This document shows positions 41,032-51,825 of a DNA stretch of 64,000 nucleotides, in pieces (the first letter of the stretch is position 1; each line of letters opens with the position of its first letter). The position numbers and the translations under genes are program-made. Origin of the DNA: Octopus sinensis (taxonomy: Eukaryota); the NCBI RefSeq assembly GCF_006345805.1, contig NC_043016.1, positions 26,846,001-26,910,000 of the forward strand, written 5' to 3'. The notes beneath the pieces are model-generated. The model was not told the DNA's origin. It saw nothing but the letters and a program-made list of their open reading frames with translations, and searched no databases.

Positions 41032-41434
41032 TGGACTTCCATATGCTAGAAATAGATCCGCTACGGGCTCACCACCAAGAAATGTTCTCAAGAACATTTA
41101 GCGCGCCAAAACGAGGACATTTGAAATAGTAGCCACGAGTGTAATGGGTAGGACTGTTTTACAGGTCTGACTGTGTAGACATCTTAGTATGCAGTCCTGC
41201 AAATTATATTCACCTTGGACGCTAGTACCGATGATTTACGGACAATTACGTAAGTTACCTAAGTAAAATTGCGTAATTTGTTGATAGTGAAACATGTATA
41301 TGAATAATCCATATTTTTATTACTTTTTCTTTTGTCGTGCTTGATTACATTTTGGTTGTTTTGCTAAATTTTTCTTGAGAACATTTCTTGGTGGTGAGAC
41401 CATAGCAGATCTATTTCTAGCATATGGGTGTCCA
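41032..41434. mobile_element. MITE with about 70-bp TIRs
   Basis: tggac..ccatatgctagaaatagatc.gcta.gg.ctcaccaccaagaaatgttctcaagaa..atttagc is present in inverted orientation at both ends. Confidence 0.85.
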
Positions 41435-41563
41435 CATAGTGGTTTTCCTCTAATATATATATAATACAGTTTTACTGAACCTTCAGTTTTTTTATGCTAG
41501 ACCACTGGTGTGAAATCGATGTTAATTAAATTAATATCTAATTTCTCACCCTTATTTTAAATT

Positions 41564-41596
<33 letters not shown>

Positions 41597-41789
41597 CATT
41601 TAGAGATAGAAGTCCCCATGCAAATCATCAAATCAAATTTTTATTCCCTAATTAATAAATATATATATATATATATATATATACTAGAAAAGAGTGACCT
41701 GTATCATGATGATTCATGCAGGGTATCAAAATGCCAACATCATGACTGCTGCTCAATGCTCTGAGAACACTTAAGGCTATAAGTCATGA

Positions 41790-42020
41790 CAGAGAAAGAG
41801 AAGTGACTGTCACAGATTTCTACAACTTCGCTAGCCACAATTTCTGGCTTCCTAATTCCCTTGATTGTAATCTCATGGATTACTATGTGTGAGGTATGGT
41901 TGAGAAAGCCACCAACATCTCTGCCAGCAACACCAAGGCCAAGCTGGTGGCCATGATCAAAGAGGTGTTAAAAAATCTTCCAAGGGACACTGGAGGAATG
42001 CTACACCAAGTTCTGGAACT
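41790..42020 (+). mobile_element. maT-like transposase 3' fragment
   Basis: NFWLPNSLDCNLMDYYV*GMVEKATN...NTKAKL. Confidence 0.65.
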
Positions 42021-42024
42021 GATC

Positions 42025-42892
42025 TGAAACCAAAACTTTCATATATGAACCATCAGACTCTTACACAAATTGTTAGAAAGGATCACAAAAGTACAGCTCC
42101 CAAAATTACTGCAGAGCTTAAAGACCAACTCAAGAACCCAGTTTCCACAAAAACTGTTCGCCAGGAGCTGTACAAGGCCGGATTTCAAAAACAAGCATTG
42201 CAAAGCATTTAGAGTGGAGTAAAAACCTACAGAATTGGTCCCTAGAGCAGTGGAAGAATGTTATTTTCTCAGATGAGTCATCCTTTACCTTATTTCTGAC
42301 CACCAGCCAAGTATACGTATGGAGACAGCCAAAAGAAGCATTTGACCCAGACTGCCTTCTTCCAACTGTTAAACATGGAGGAGGATCCGTAATGATCTGG
42401 TGGGCTATATCTTGGAAATCTGCCAGCCCAATGGTTTCCCTTCATGGCAAAATTAATAATCAAGACTATTTAAGCATTTTATCTGATCAAATTCATCCTA
42501 TGGTTGCAGAACTGTTTCCAGAGGGAAACAAAATCTTTCAGGATGGTAATGCACCAATTCACACAGCTAAAGTTGTTACTGAATGGCATGAGGAACATTC
42601 TAGTTGAACATCTTATCTGGCCACCAGTCCCCAGATCTCAATATTATTGAACATTTATGGTGCATTTTAGAAAAACAAGTAAGGAATCGATATACTCCAT
42701 CATCACTACAAGAACTGGAGACTGTTTTAGCTGAAGAACGGACGAAAATTCCTTTGGAAACAATTCAAACTTTGTACGAGTCCATTTCTTATAGAATTCA
42801 AGCTGTAATTATTGCCAAAGGCAGTCCTACCCCCATATTAAAATAAATTTGTCTTAAATTTTAAGGTTTTTCCATTATTTTATCCAACCCTA

Positions 42893-42894
<2 letters not shown>
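42025..42894 (+). mobile_element. Tc1 (DD34E-type) transposase remnant
   Basis: WKNVIFSDES...TVKHGGGSVMIW...FQDGNAPIHTA...SPDLNIIEHLW, ending next to a (TA)n tract. Confidence 0.9.
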
Positions 42895-42929
<35 letters not shown>

Positions 42930-42931
42930 TG

Positions 42932-43201
42932 AATAAGTTGGAGTCAACAAGAAGTACAGAGGAACATTTATTTGTAATCACTGCAATTGTTTCCATACAA
43001 TGTAGTTCTCCAGCTTCTCAGGTATTTAGTTATGTAACCATTTCCGTGCATTATGAGATCTTGTGTTTCATCAGGTGATATATTAATATTTATATCTCAC
43101 CTGATGAAGCATAAGATCTCATAATGCAGAGAACTATGATATGTGGAAACAATTGTAGTGATTACAAATAAATGTTCTCTTCTTTTTGACTCCAATTTAT
43201 T
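42932..43201. repeat. Foldback (long imperfect palindrome), possibly Penelope-derived
   Basis: Two mirror arms around 43079-43096. The left arm carries an extra segment of about 36 bp. Each arm contains CTGATGA. Confidence 0.8.
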
Positions 43202-43354
43202 TAATTATCCATTTACAAATAGAGAAGCCCCAATGCAAATCTGGCAGTAGGTATAACATTATTTTTGGACAGTACTGGTGGAAATCTGAAGCTGAATGAG
43301 TTTTATGTTAACAGAATATAACCTAACTATACATATAAGTGTATATGATATATA

Positions 43355-43734
43355 TCTCTCTCTATATATAAACGGCAGTTTGTCTGTGCGTGTTTCTGTG
43401 TGTCTGTTTGCTTGTACCCTCACCCTGACCACGGCTTTCAACCGATTCTGATGAAACTTGACACACACATAGCCCAATGTCATAATTCAAAACTAACGCA
43501 GTGAAAATTTTGAAAAGTTCCCCCAGTTCTGAAAAAAATCGATAAATTCGACATGGGGTCGAGAATCACAAACACAAACTGTCTAGGGGACGCAACTCCA
43601 CCTTTTTTAAATCTCAAAAAAAAATTTACCATAATTTTTTTCCATTTTTTTGCTATTTTTTGGCTATAACTCTCTAAAAATGCTTTATAGTTATTTCCCT
43701 TACAAACCTGAGCAACGCCGGGCGATACTGCTAG
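43355..43734 (+). mobile_element. Non-autonomous Helitron
   Basis: 5' TC...tctatatataaa, 3' hairpin remnant cctgagcaacgccggg followed by CTAG|T. A related 5' fragment lies at about 31860-32003 (-). Confidence 0.8.
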
Positions 43735-45301
43735 TATATATATAAAAAAATCACCATCATTTAGTGTACGTTTTTCATGCTGGCATGGGTTGCACAGTTT
43801 GACAAGCGTTAGCAAGCCAGAAGACTATTCTAAGCCCTATTGTCTGTTTTGGCATGATATATACAGCAAGAGATAACCTTCTCAATTCGAAACATTTTAC
43901 AGACTGTACTGGGTACTTTTTTTTATGGCACCAATACCAGCCAGGTCACTGTAAGGCAAAGTCCTCTTGACTGAGGGGAGTATGATTAAGGTAGATAGCT
44001 TTATGCCAGTTGATGAGGTTAAAAGATTAATAGAGGGATCAAGATAGGTGTCTTACTGTAAAAGAGATACAAGGATATCCCAGCATACACAAAAAAAAAA
44101 TATACACATGTACATACATGCATCACAAACACATAGACATGTATTTATATATATATATATATATGTATACATACATATATATACACACACATATAGATAC
44201 ACATATCTATATGTATGTGTGTGTGTGTGTATATATATATATTCCTACATGATCTGTTTACTTCATCCTCCGATCTGACTTTGTCTCTTTCTCATTTCCA
44301 GTCCAACAGGACATGTTCATTTACCTTTGCATTTCTCTGTAATTGACTATCTCTCAGCTACACGATATTTTTTCTTTGTATATGCATAATTTATTTTGTC
44401 GTTTTTGTGTCCATCCTTGTCCTGTATGTTCGTTAGCTATTCCCAGTGACTCATCACTGCTAGCACCACCAAAATTGAGCTTTTGAAATATATATATAAC
44501 AAACAAAAAAAAAGCTAATTCTAAAATCTCTATTCATGCACACATATATACATACTCATACATACACACACATTATATATATCCACACACACAACACTCC
44601 AAATGCCAGGTTTCTCAAATACCAAGGATCTGAACTTGTGAAAAATAACTGGGACCACATTTTATCATCAAGGGCGAAAGATACTTCAGCTCCAGTAATT
44701 TTTCCTCAACTTATGTATAGGAGGGGCCCATAATAGAGCATTATACATAAACAAGGGACAGTGCCATTGCTGCATACAACCATGGTGGTTTCTAAACCTA
44801 GGAGCTGGCTGGGCTCATGCTTTCTCCAACGCTCCCCACCAGATCGTGGGCTAAGCACTTCCTACAAAAATTGGCTCTATCAAATTGCTCTCCCCACAAG
44901 TGTTGACTTGTAAAGATTCAAGAGGAATGAATGCTGGTGGTGTCAATGTTAATGGTGCATGAAGACTTCTAAAGGATACATAGATACACAAGCACACATG
45001 AAAAAATTAAATTAAAACGAAACGAAAAATGGTATTAATGTCCGTTTATCATTATTAACATTTCATTTATAAAACATTTTAAATCCCGCTATCCCTCCTC
45101 CCATTTTTATCCTTTTAACTGTCCGAATTTATATAATAAATATAACATACACACACACACCATCGAAATACACGTACTTACACATACAATTCAAATTTCG
45201 AATAATTTCTGATAAGGCTTTAAGCGTTTACTAATTATTTATTCTTCGCTCTTTTTAAGAAGAAAAAACTATTTAAATTTTAACTATGGCGTTCATTTCT
45301 T

Positions 45302-45367
<66 letters not shown>

Positions 45368-46659
45368 ATATAATATATATATTGTTTGTATAAATACATA
45401 AATCCGGAGAAGCACACTCTAAGATGTAGACTAGTTATTATAGTGGGAAGGCCAGCAGTGTTTGGGGTCTGAAGATACACCGTAAAGCTTAAACTCCTTA
45501 TGAGCGAGAAACCCAGGGTAACCCCATAAACCGGGCTACTCCACTATGATATTATATATATATATATATAATAATATATATATATATATACATACACACA
45601 CACACACACGATGAATAATATAGGCACAAGGTCTCACATCTGCTAGTTGCGGTTAGTCGATTAAATGAAGCTCTTGACTGTTTTTATTTTGTTTTATTTT
45701 ATTTTATTGACTCTGGAAAGATGAAAAGCAAAATTAATTTTGGCAGGGTTCGAAATTAGATCATAACAATACTGTTTCTAATGCAGGCACAATTTTGAAT
45801 GGGGTGGCGGGCAGTTAATACAATCGACCTCAATACTTGACGGGTACTTAATATATTAGTCCTGAACAGCAATTTCTTTGATATAATAATAATATTATGG
45901 CTTATACAGGCACAAAATCCCCTCACCCACCCAAAAAAGGAGGGGTAGTCGATTATATCGAACCCATCAGTATTTGGATGAAAATCGAAGTCGAACTCGG
46001 TGGGATTCTTTGCCGTTAAGAAAAAAATTATAAAATTGCACCATTTTCGCCAATTATTCACAAAGCTTTTAAGCGTGTACGAATAAATCATGTATTTTAT
46101 TAGTAGCAGTAGCTTTTCCGAAACACACACACACGCGCAAAAGCTTTCTAAGAAAAATAACAACCATTACAGCTTTTAAAGAAATAACACAGATTTTTTC
46201 TCAACACGATTCCAGAATGAAAACCTTGATTTGAAAAGAATCGAAATAATTTTTTTTTTTAATCACTCACAAATTCCAACACATTTACTTAAAAAAAAAA
46301 TAATAAAATACAGACAGGCTTCTGAAATTTTTCAAAAACCACACCTTGAAATTTTACAATCAAAATGTCCCCCGTACGATTTCATGATAGTTTACATTAG
46401 TAATGCAACACAAACCGTGCATCTATCCCTCTCTCTTACTCCATGAAAAACACACAGTATAACAAAACATAATTCGCCGATAGATAAAAGAAAGGTTAGT
46501 CATGAAATATGGAAAACATTAAAAATAGCGATACTGCACAAGTAGAATGATTGGTTGTTTTACAAAGACATATAGATAATATGTAGGGTGATAAAATTCA
46601 ACAAAGTTATATATAAAAAAAAAACGAGAGGAGGGTACGAATGATGATAATTGTTTTAA

Positions 46660-46860
46660 ATTTTGGCACAAGGCCAGGAATGAGGTGGGAGGAAATCGAT
46701 TACATCGACCTCAGCACTTGATCGGTACTTTATTTTATCGACCCTGAAAGAATAAAAGGCAAAGTCGATCTCGACAGGATTTTGAACTTAGAACATAATG
46801 AATCGGGGAAAATGCCGCCAAGCATTCTATCCGGCGATCTAACGATTCTGCCAATAATAA
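46660..46860 (-). mobile_element. tRNA-derived SINE with Meta-like domain
   Basis: Reverse complement of gcctttcatcctttcggggtcgataaa..gtacc. Related copies at about 19480-19650, 45625-46050, 55410-55625, 59990-60190 and 60200-60390. Confidence 0.75.
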
Positions 46861-46885
46861 TGATAATAATTTCTTGGGCAGCACA

Positions 46886-46931
46886 AGGTTACAAATTTTG
46901 CTACTTCTATAAGTAGCAAAATTTGTAACCT
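46886..46931. repeat. Perfect 21-bp-arm palindrome with a 4-nt spacer
   Basis: aggttacaaattttgctactt-ctat-aagtagcaaaatttgtaacct. Confidence 0.95.
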
Positions 46932-48484
46932 CGCTGTTTTCATTGCAATGAGCTTGGTAAGTGCCTTGACACGAAAATCTAGGCCGTGAATCACTGTATT
47001 TGCTCATCGGCAAATAAAATATAAATACTCTGAATAATATATTCTACATTTAAGTGATTTCGCTACATCAAGAAGAAAGCCCACACAATTTCCGCCCAAC
47101 AGCTTTGTGCAATATGACATTATTAATTATAACTAAATAAATAAATAAGCAAAGACGATTATCTAAATACTGCTAAGAGCCTATATTTCTGATTACATAC
47201 TTTAATAAATAGATTTATGTATACATGTAAACATAGAAACATGCATAGCTAAATTGATTGTCAATTAAGATACAAACATATGCCCACAAGTAACCAATGC
47301 TACATATTCTGTAATTCTGACTGATGCATCATTATTGTTGATTACATCTAATTATTAATAACAGGATGTTCCGTTTGTACATAACTATTAGTTTCACTCA
47401 AACATGGCTCTTCAGGTAAAAATAAACAGGTAATGTTTATACATATATATATATATACATTTTATAGAAGGAGCTTCTACAGGACTAGAACTGTTTCATT
47501 CAATATATATATATATATATATAAATGCTAGTCATTATATATTGATATATGTCTAGAAGTAGATTATATATGTGTGTATCAGATTATACAATACATAAGC
47601 GAACATAGATAACCCAGCTTTACAATTGTGAATTTTATGTTTATTTCTCAATCTATTACCCTTTAGAATGCACATCTATCCAAATATGCAAACCGCAATA
47701 TTGTTCGATATGTGTTTACTTCGGTGACACATGAAATAAAAATAAACCCATTCGATTACAATTCAGTAAATCCCTTGAATTTTGAAAAAAAAAAAAAAAC
47801 TACAAAAAATACATATTTTGTGTATTTTGAAGTATTAGCAAAGCCAGTTTTGTGTCTGATAATGGCAAGCCATCGTTTATGTAGATAGATGTGTGGTGGA
47901 ATACTTAAAATGTGAACTAGAAGTAAATAACCAAGCAAATCTTTTTTTTTTTTTTTTCTTTTCGTAGTATCTTCAACATTAGCCATAGAAAGAAAAGACG
48001 AGAGAGGAAAAATAAAGAGGCAAACTAGAATGCGCTTCTCTCTATCTACAAAGTAAAAATGGAAGACCCCACCAAAGACCAACACTTTATAAATATGTAA
48101 CTGATAAATTTTTTTACACGTGAAACATTTGCGATCAAGAATGGCAGGCACATCTTAAGGGTTATCGCAGTAGAAATATCAGAGATTATCAAGGAAACAA
48201 GGCAATGAGAGGAGGGAGGAGAGGCAATTGTTTCATCAACAGGTCTAGTGTCATTCCGAAGGAATTCTAATCAGTGGTTTCACTTATATATATAATTAGA
48301 TCAGAACATACTAAAAAATGATGTAATTACTATTATTTAAGATTCAAAAATCTTCTGTCTAATCTCTTTCTTGGCGTCTATTTATCTCGTCTTCTTTTAT
48401 TATCATTATTTTTAGACAATTATAGAAATTCCAAAGCAACAACCACAAGTTATACATATATACACATCACACACACATTATACA

Positions 48485-48486
48485 TC

Positions 48487-48558
<72 letters not shown>

Positions 48559-48621
48559 ATATATATATATATATACTATGTGTGTGTGTATATATATATA
48601 TGTGTGGTGTATATATATATA

Positions 48622-48663
<42 letters not shown>

Positions 48664-48730
48664 ATATATATATATGTGTGTGTGTATATATAATTATATA
48701 TACATATGTGTGTGTGCATATATATATATG
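48485..48730. repeat. Compound (TA)n/(TG)n microsatellite
   Basis: Seen directly. Other (TA)n tracts lie at 1612-1653, 2011-2030, 3350-3371, 42895-42927 and 45302-45381. Confidence 0.95.
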
Positions 48731-49296
48731 GATTTGGATATATATTTCCAAGCAACTGACATTAAAATGGGTAAGTAATAAACTGACATTTGGGTTTAGA
48801 TCGATTTCTCTCATTGACTAAGAACAACTGAAATTGTTAGATATGTGTGTGTGTGTTTAATAAGACTGAAATGGTGAGCACAAATTTTTTTTAAAGCATA
48901 TACAAATATATAAGGTGGGGTGCAGATGCAGAATATTTTAATGATCGTCCCGAAATAGAAAAATAAAATGTTGCAGACGACATCCGATTGACTGCTCCTA
49001 ACAACTGAGTAGACACAATTTATATATATTATAAAGGATCGTTAAATGTGTAGTGTGAGCAGAAAGTTAACACTCATTATATTTTTACAAATTGCCTTGA
49101 ATATTAGAAAAAAAAAAACTTCATCTGAAAAAATGAATAATAATAATAAACCAATGACAAGTACTAACTACTACTACTATTACTACGGGTGGTGTGTAAT
49201 GATAATAATAATAATAATCTGAAATATTAAGTCATGAAAGTGAACGGCGTGAAGAAAACGAAAGGAAAACTTCGTTTATATGAGTGAGAGTGGTGT

Positions 49297-49397
49297 GTAT
49301 ACGTATACATACATGCACACAAACACACACATATATATATATATATATATACACATACATATATATACATACATACATATATACATACATATATACA

Positions 49398-49433
<36 letters not shown>

Positions 49434-49495
49434 TATATACATACATACATAAATATATGCACATACACACAGAGAAATACACATACATACATACA
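49297..49495. repeat. Compound (CATA)n/(TA)n/(CA)n microsatellite
   Basis: Seen directly. Begins about 80 bp into ZDHHC intron 1. Confidence 0.95.
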
Positions 49496-49574
49496 TGAAC
49501 CAAGTAATGAAATGTGTCAAAATGGGCGGTTAGCATTTTACTGCATGCCGTACATAAGGAGATCCAATACTTAC

Positions 49575-49666
49575 ATGAATATAAAAAACAGTCCTGTAGC
49601 TACGAGGAGCAAGGACCAGGCGCATGTTGCTGGTAATATACGAGTCGAAAACTCACAACGTCCCAT
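49575..49666 (-). CDS. ZDHHC8: ZDHHC5/8-family palmitoyltransferase, coding exon 1 ([30 protein letters not shown] + 2 nt)
   Basis: Hand translation of the minus strand (absent from the ORF track). An in-frame TAG sits directly before the ATG at 49666, and a perfect AT|GTAAGT donor follows at 49574. The peptide resembles the invertebrate ZDHHC8 N-terminus (TR-IPAT-AW-LL). The phase-2 end matches the phase-2 start of exon 2. Confidence 0.9.
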
Positions 49667-50298
49667 CTAGGTGCATTTCAAATAAAACCAATGGGTGTTT
49701 TCGAGCAAGAGTCAACATTAAGAGCGAAACAAAGATGGCATTCTTATCATTTTCATTAAGACTAACTACAACTGTAGGAAATACTTTATCATTGAGCTGC
49801 AAGTAAATCTCACGTATTTACTTCTCGGGAAGCAACCGAACGAAACGAACAGCGCTACAATTGAATGGATATTCCGAAATTTCGGACAGTCTATTAATTG
49901 AGCGATAAATATTTCGTATTTTTCTTTCTTTTTAAATGAAAAATTAAAAATCAAAAGATTGTCGTTGTTGGGTATTTTGAATTGTGCACTTTTTCTAAAG
50001 AATTACTACGCAATGAAATTTGTTCCGGAAGTTGAATTGTGGGAATAGCGCGTGAAGTGGGGAGTGTATTTGAAGGAAATAAAAAAAAGAAAAAAAGAAG
50101 CAAAGAGGAAAAAAATATAGAAAGAAAGACAGAAAGAAAGAAAGATTGAAAGCTGTGAAAGAAACCACCTGACCGGAACAACAACAACAACAGTAGCAGA
50201 AGCATTGAGAGGTCAGGTAGACAAGGTTCCTCTTTCTGTTTACCAACCGTTCTCTCAACTTTGGAATCCGGTAAACCTCAAAACAGGTCTTCGAACAA
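49667..50298. promoter_or_regulatory. Putative bidirectional promoter / 5' UTR region
   Basis: CpG-rich relative to the flanks. ETS/GABP-type CCGGAAGT at 50025-50032 and palindrome tccgaaatttcgga near 49873-49886. Lies between the ZDHHC ATG (minus) and a candidate plus-strand first exon. Confidence 0.55.
50033..50298 (+). other. Candidate non-coding first exon of an unidentified plus-strand gene (start uncertain)
   Basis: Purine-rich leader ending in a good donor CAA|GTATGT at 50299. An alternative donor CCG|GTAAAC lies near 50271. No transcript evidence. Confidence 0.35.
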
Positions 50299-50657
50299 GT
50301 ATGTATACACTCATAAATAATTTTTGTTATATATATATATATATCGTGATGTGATTTCTTATATTGTCTGAAATATTAAACTTTTTTTTTCTTTAAAGTC
50401 TCTCAATGTTTTTATATGTATGTGTCTTTTTTTTTTCGTTCACTGTTAAATTAATTACGCGCGCATCTTCAGCATCCTTTTTGTAGATACTAATTATAAA
50501 TTATATGTATGTTTTGTATATAATGTGTTTTGATATGTAATGTATTGTGTGTGTGTTTCTCGTTACATATGAATTCTTAAAAATAAGAATTTCCACTCTG
50601 CATTTGGTTACAGCACCGAAACTCTGAATAGTGACAGTAATCACAGAACTAAGAATT

Positions 50658-51159
50658 GGGGCTAATGCAGTTTCGCACCTCTCCTTGAAAAATGCATTTT
50701 TTTGAAAAACTTTTTTTGTATTCCTACGTTTTAGATGTTGGAGATTACGAATATGCAAAAATAATATTTTTTTTTTTAATTTGTCAACTAAATGTGGCGG
50801 TCCTATAAGAAGACGGTTGTTACTAATTGTGTTTAGCCCCAGGACGACTTTCATATCTATCTATCTATCTATATCTCTTTATACACCTGTCTTATATGCT
50901 TATTGAATTTAAAAGTTTCAAAACGTGGTTTCTTGCATATCCGGAATCTCCGTCATCTAAAACATAGGGACAAAAATTTTTCGAAAAAGTTCGAAATTTT
51001 AAATGGGAGGGGGGGAGTTATGTTGGTGGTTGGGGGTAGTATTTATTTATTTTGCATATTCGTAATCTCCGACATCTAAAACGGAGGAATCTGAAAACAA
51101 AAACTTTTCCCCAAAAAAATGCATTTTTGAAGGAGAGGTGCGAAACTGCATTAAGCCCC
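50658..51159. repeat. Inverted repeat of about 110-bp arms (MITE-like) with a third partial copy inside
   Basis: 50658-50765 matches the reverse complement of 51046-51159. A partial copy lies at about 50925-50970. Confidence 0.8.
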
Positions 51160-51699
51160 GATTTTTTATATATATATATGTATGTATGACTACAATTAAG
51201 AAGTTCGTTTCGCAATCATGTGGTTCCGGTATCGATTCCACTACGCAACACCTTAGGCAAAATGTAACCTCAGGTTTATCTTGTAAGTGGAATTTGGTAC
51301 ATGTAAGAAGCTGGTCGTATATGTGTGTATGAGAGGGAGAGAGTCTGTAGTCTTTTTTTTCTTCATATCCTGTTATCTGTCGACAAATAACAAAGATAAA
51401 ATGAAGATAATCTGAGCTAGTGTTTGTGTATGGCCGCAGTCCAGTAATAGAAACGAATAGAGAATGTCAATATAATTTGTTTATACGTGTGTTTTATATA
51501 ATTATAAAGTATTCTCTCTTTCTCTCCTATTTACCTCTCTCTCTCTTATATATATATATAATATACACACACACACATTTGTGTATATGTGTCAAAATTT
51601 CTGATCATGAAGTATCGAGTTTGAATGGAGTCTTTTATCTTTCTTTCAGGTATTCGGTAAACATTCTATAAAATTTGCGTTTTCATGGTTTGAACAAGT

Positions 51700-51825
51700 A
51701 TGGGTAACTCAAACCAAAAGCCGTCTGATGTTACTCTAATTACTCACCGGACTACAGTACCATCGTCTGAACAGAATGCCGCCGCGTCTTTAGATTACAA
51801 TACATGTTTATTAAAATTTTTTGAG
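51700..51825 (+). CDS. Candidate first coding exon of an unknown protein (MGNSNQKPSDVTLITHRTTVPSSEQNAAASLDYNTCLLKFFE)
   Basis: Pyrimidine-rich acceptor cttttatctttctttcag| at 51649, strong Kozak context (A at -3, G at +4), in-frame stops upstream and a perfect GAG|GTGAGT phase-0 donor at 51826. I do not recognise the protein and found no convincing next exon. Confidence 0.45.

Larger units (their letters stand above)
17222..49574 (-). other. ZDHHC8: ZDHHC5/8 intron 1 (32,353 bp, GT-AG)
   Basis: Bounded by the donor and acceptor above. The spliced codon AT|T gives a continuous reading frame (...FFIF-I-VPDH...). Confidence 0.85.

Noticed and set aside
45490-45530. cttatgagcgagaaacccagggta as a minimal hammerhead
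   Set aside because: The core reads CUUAUGA (G5 missing) and stem I cannot form.
48050-48153. Minus-strand 104-bp segment (MCLPF...SLVGSSIFT) as ZDHHC exon 1
   Set aside because: It has the right phase and a chance LVGSS word, but a weak GTAGAT donor and poor alignment. The exon at 49575-49666 is a far better match.
48467-49536. Multiple Y/I/H/T/C/V/M-rich ORFs
   Set aside because: They are translations of (TA)n, (CA)n and (CATA)n microsatellites.
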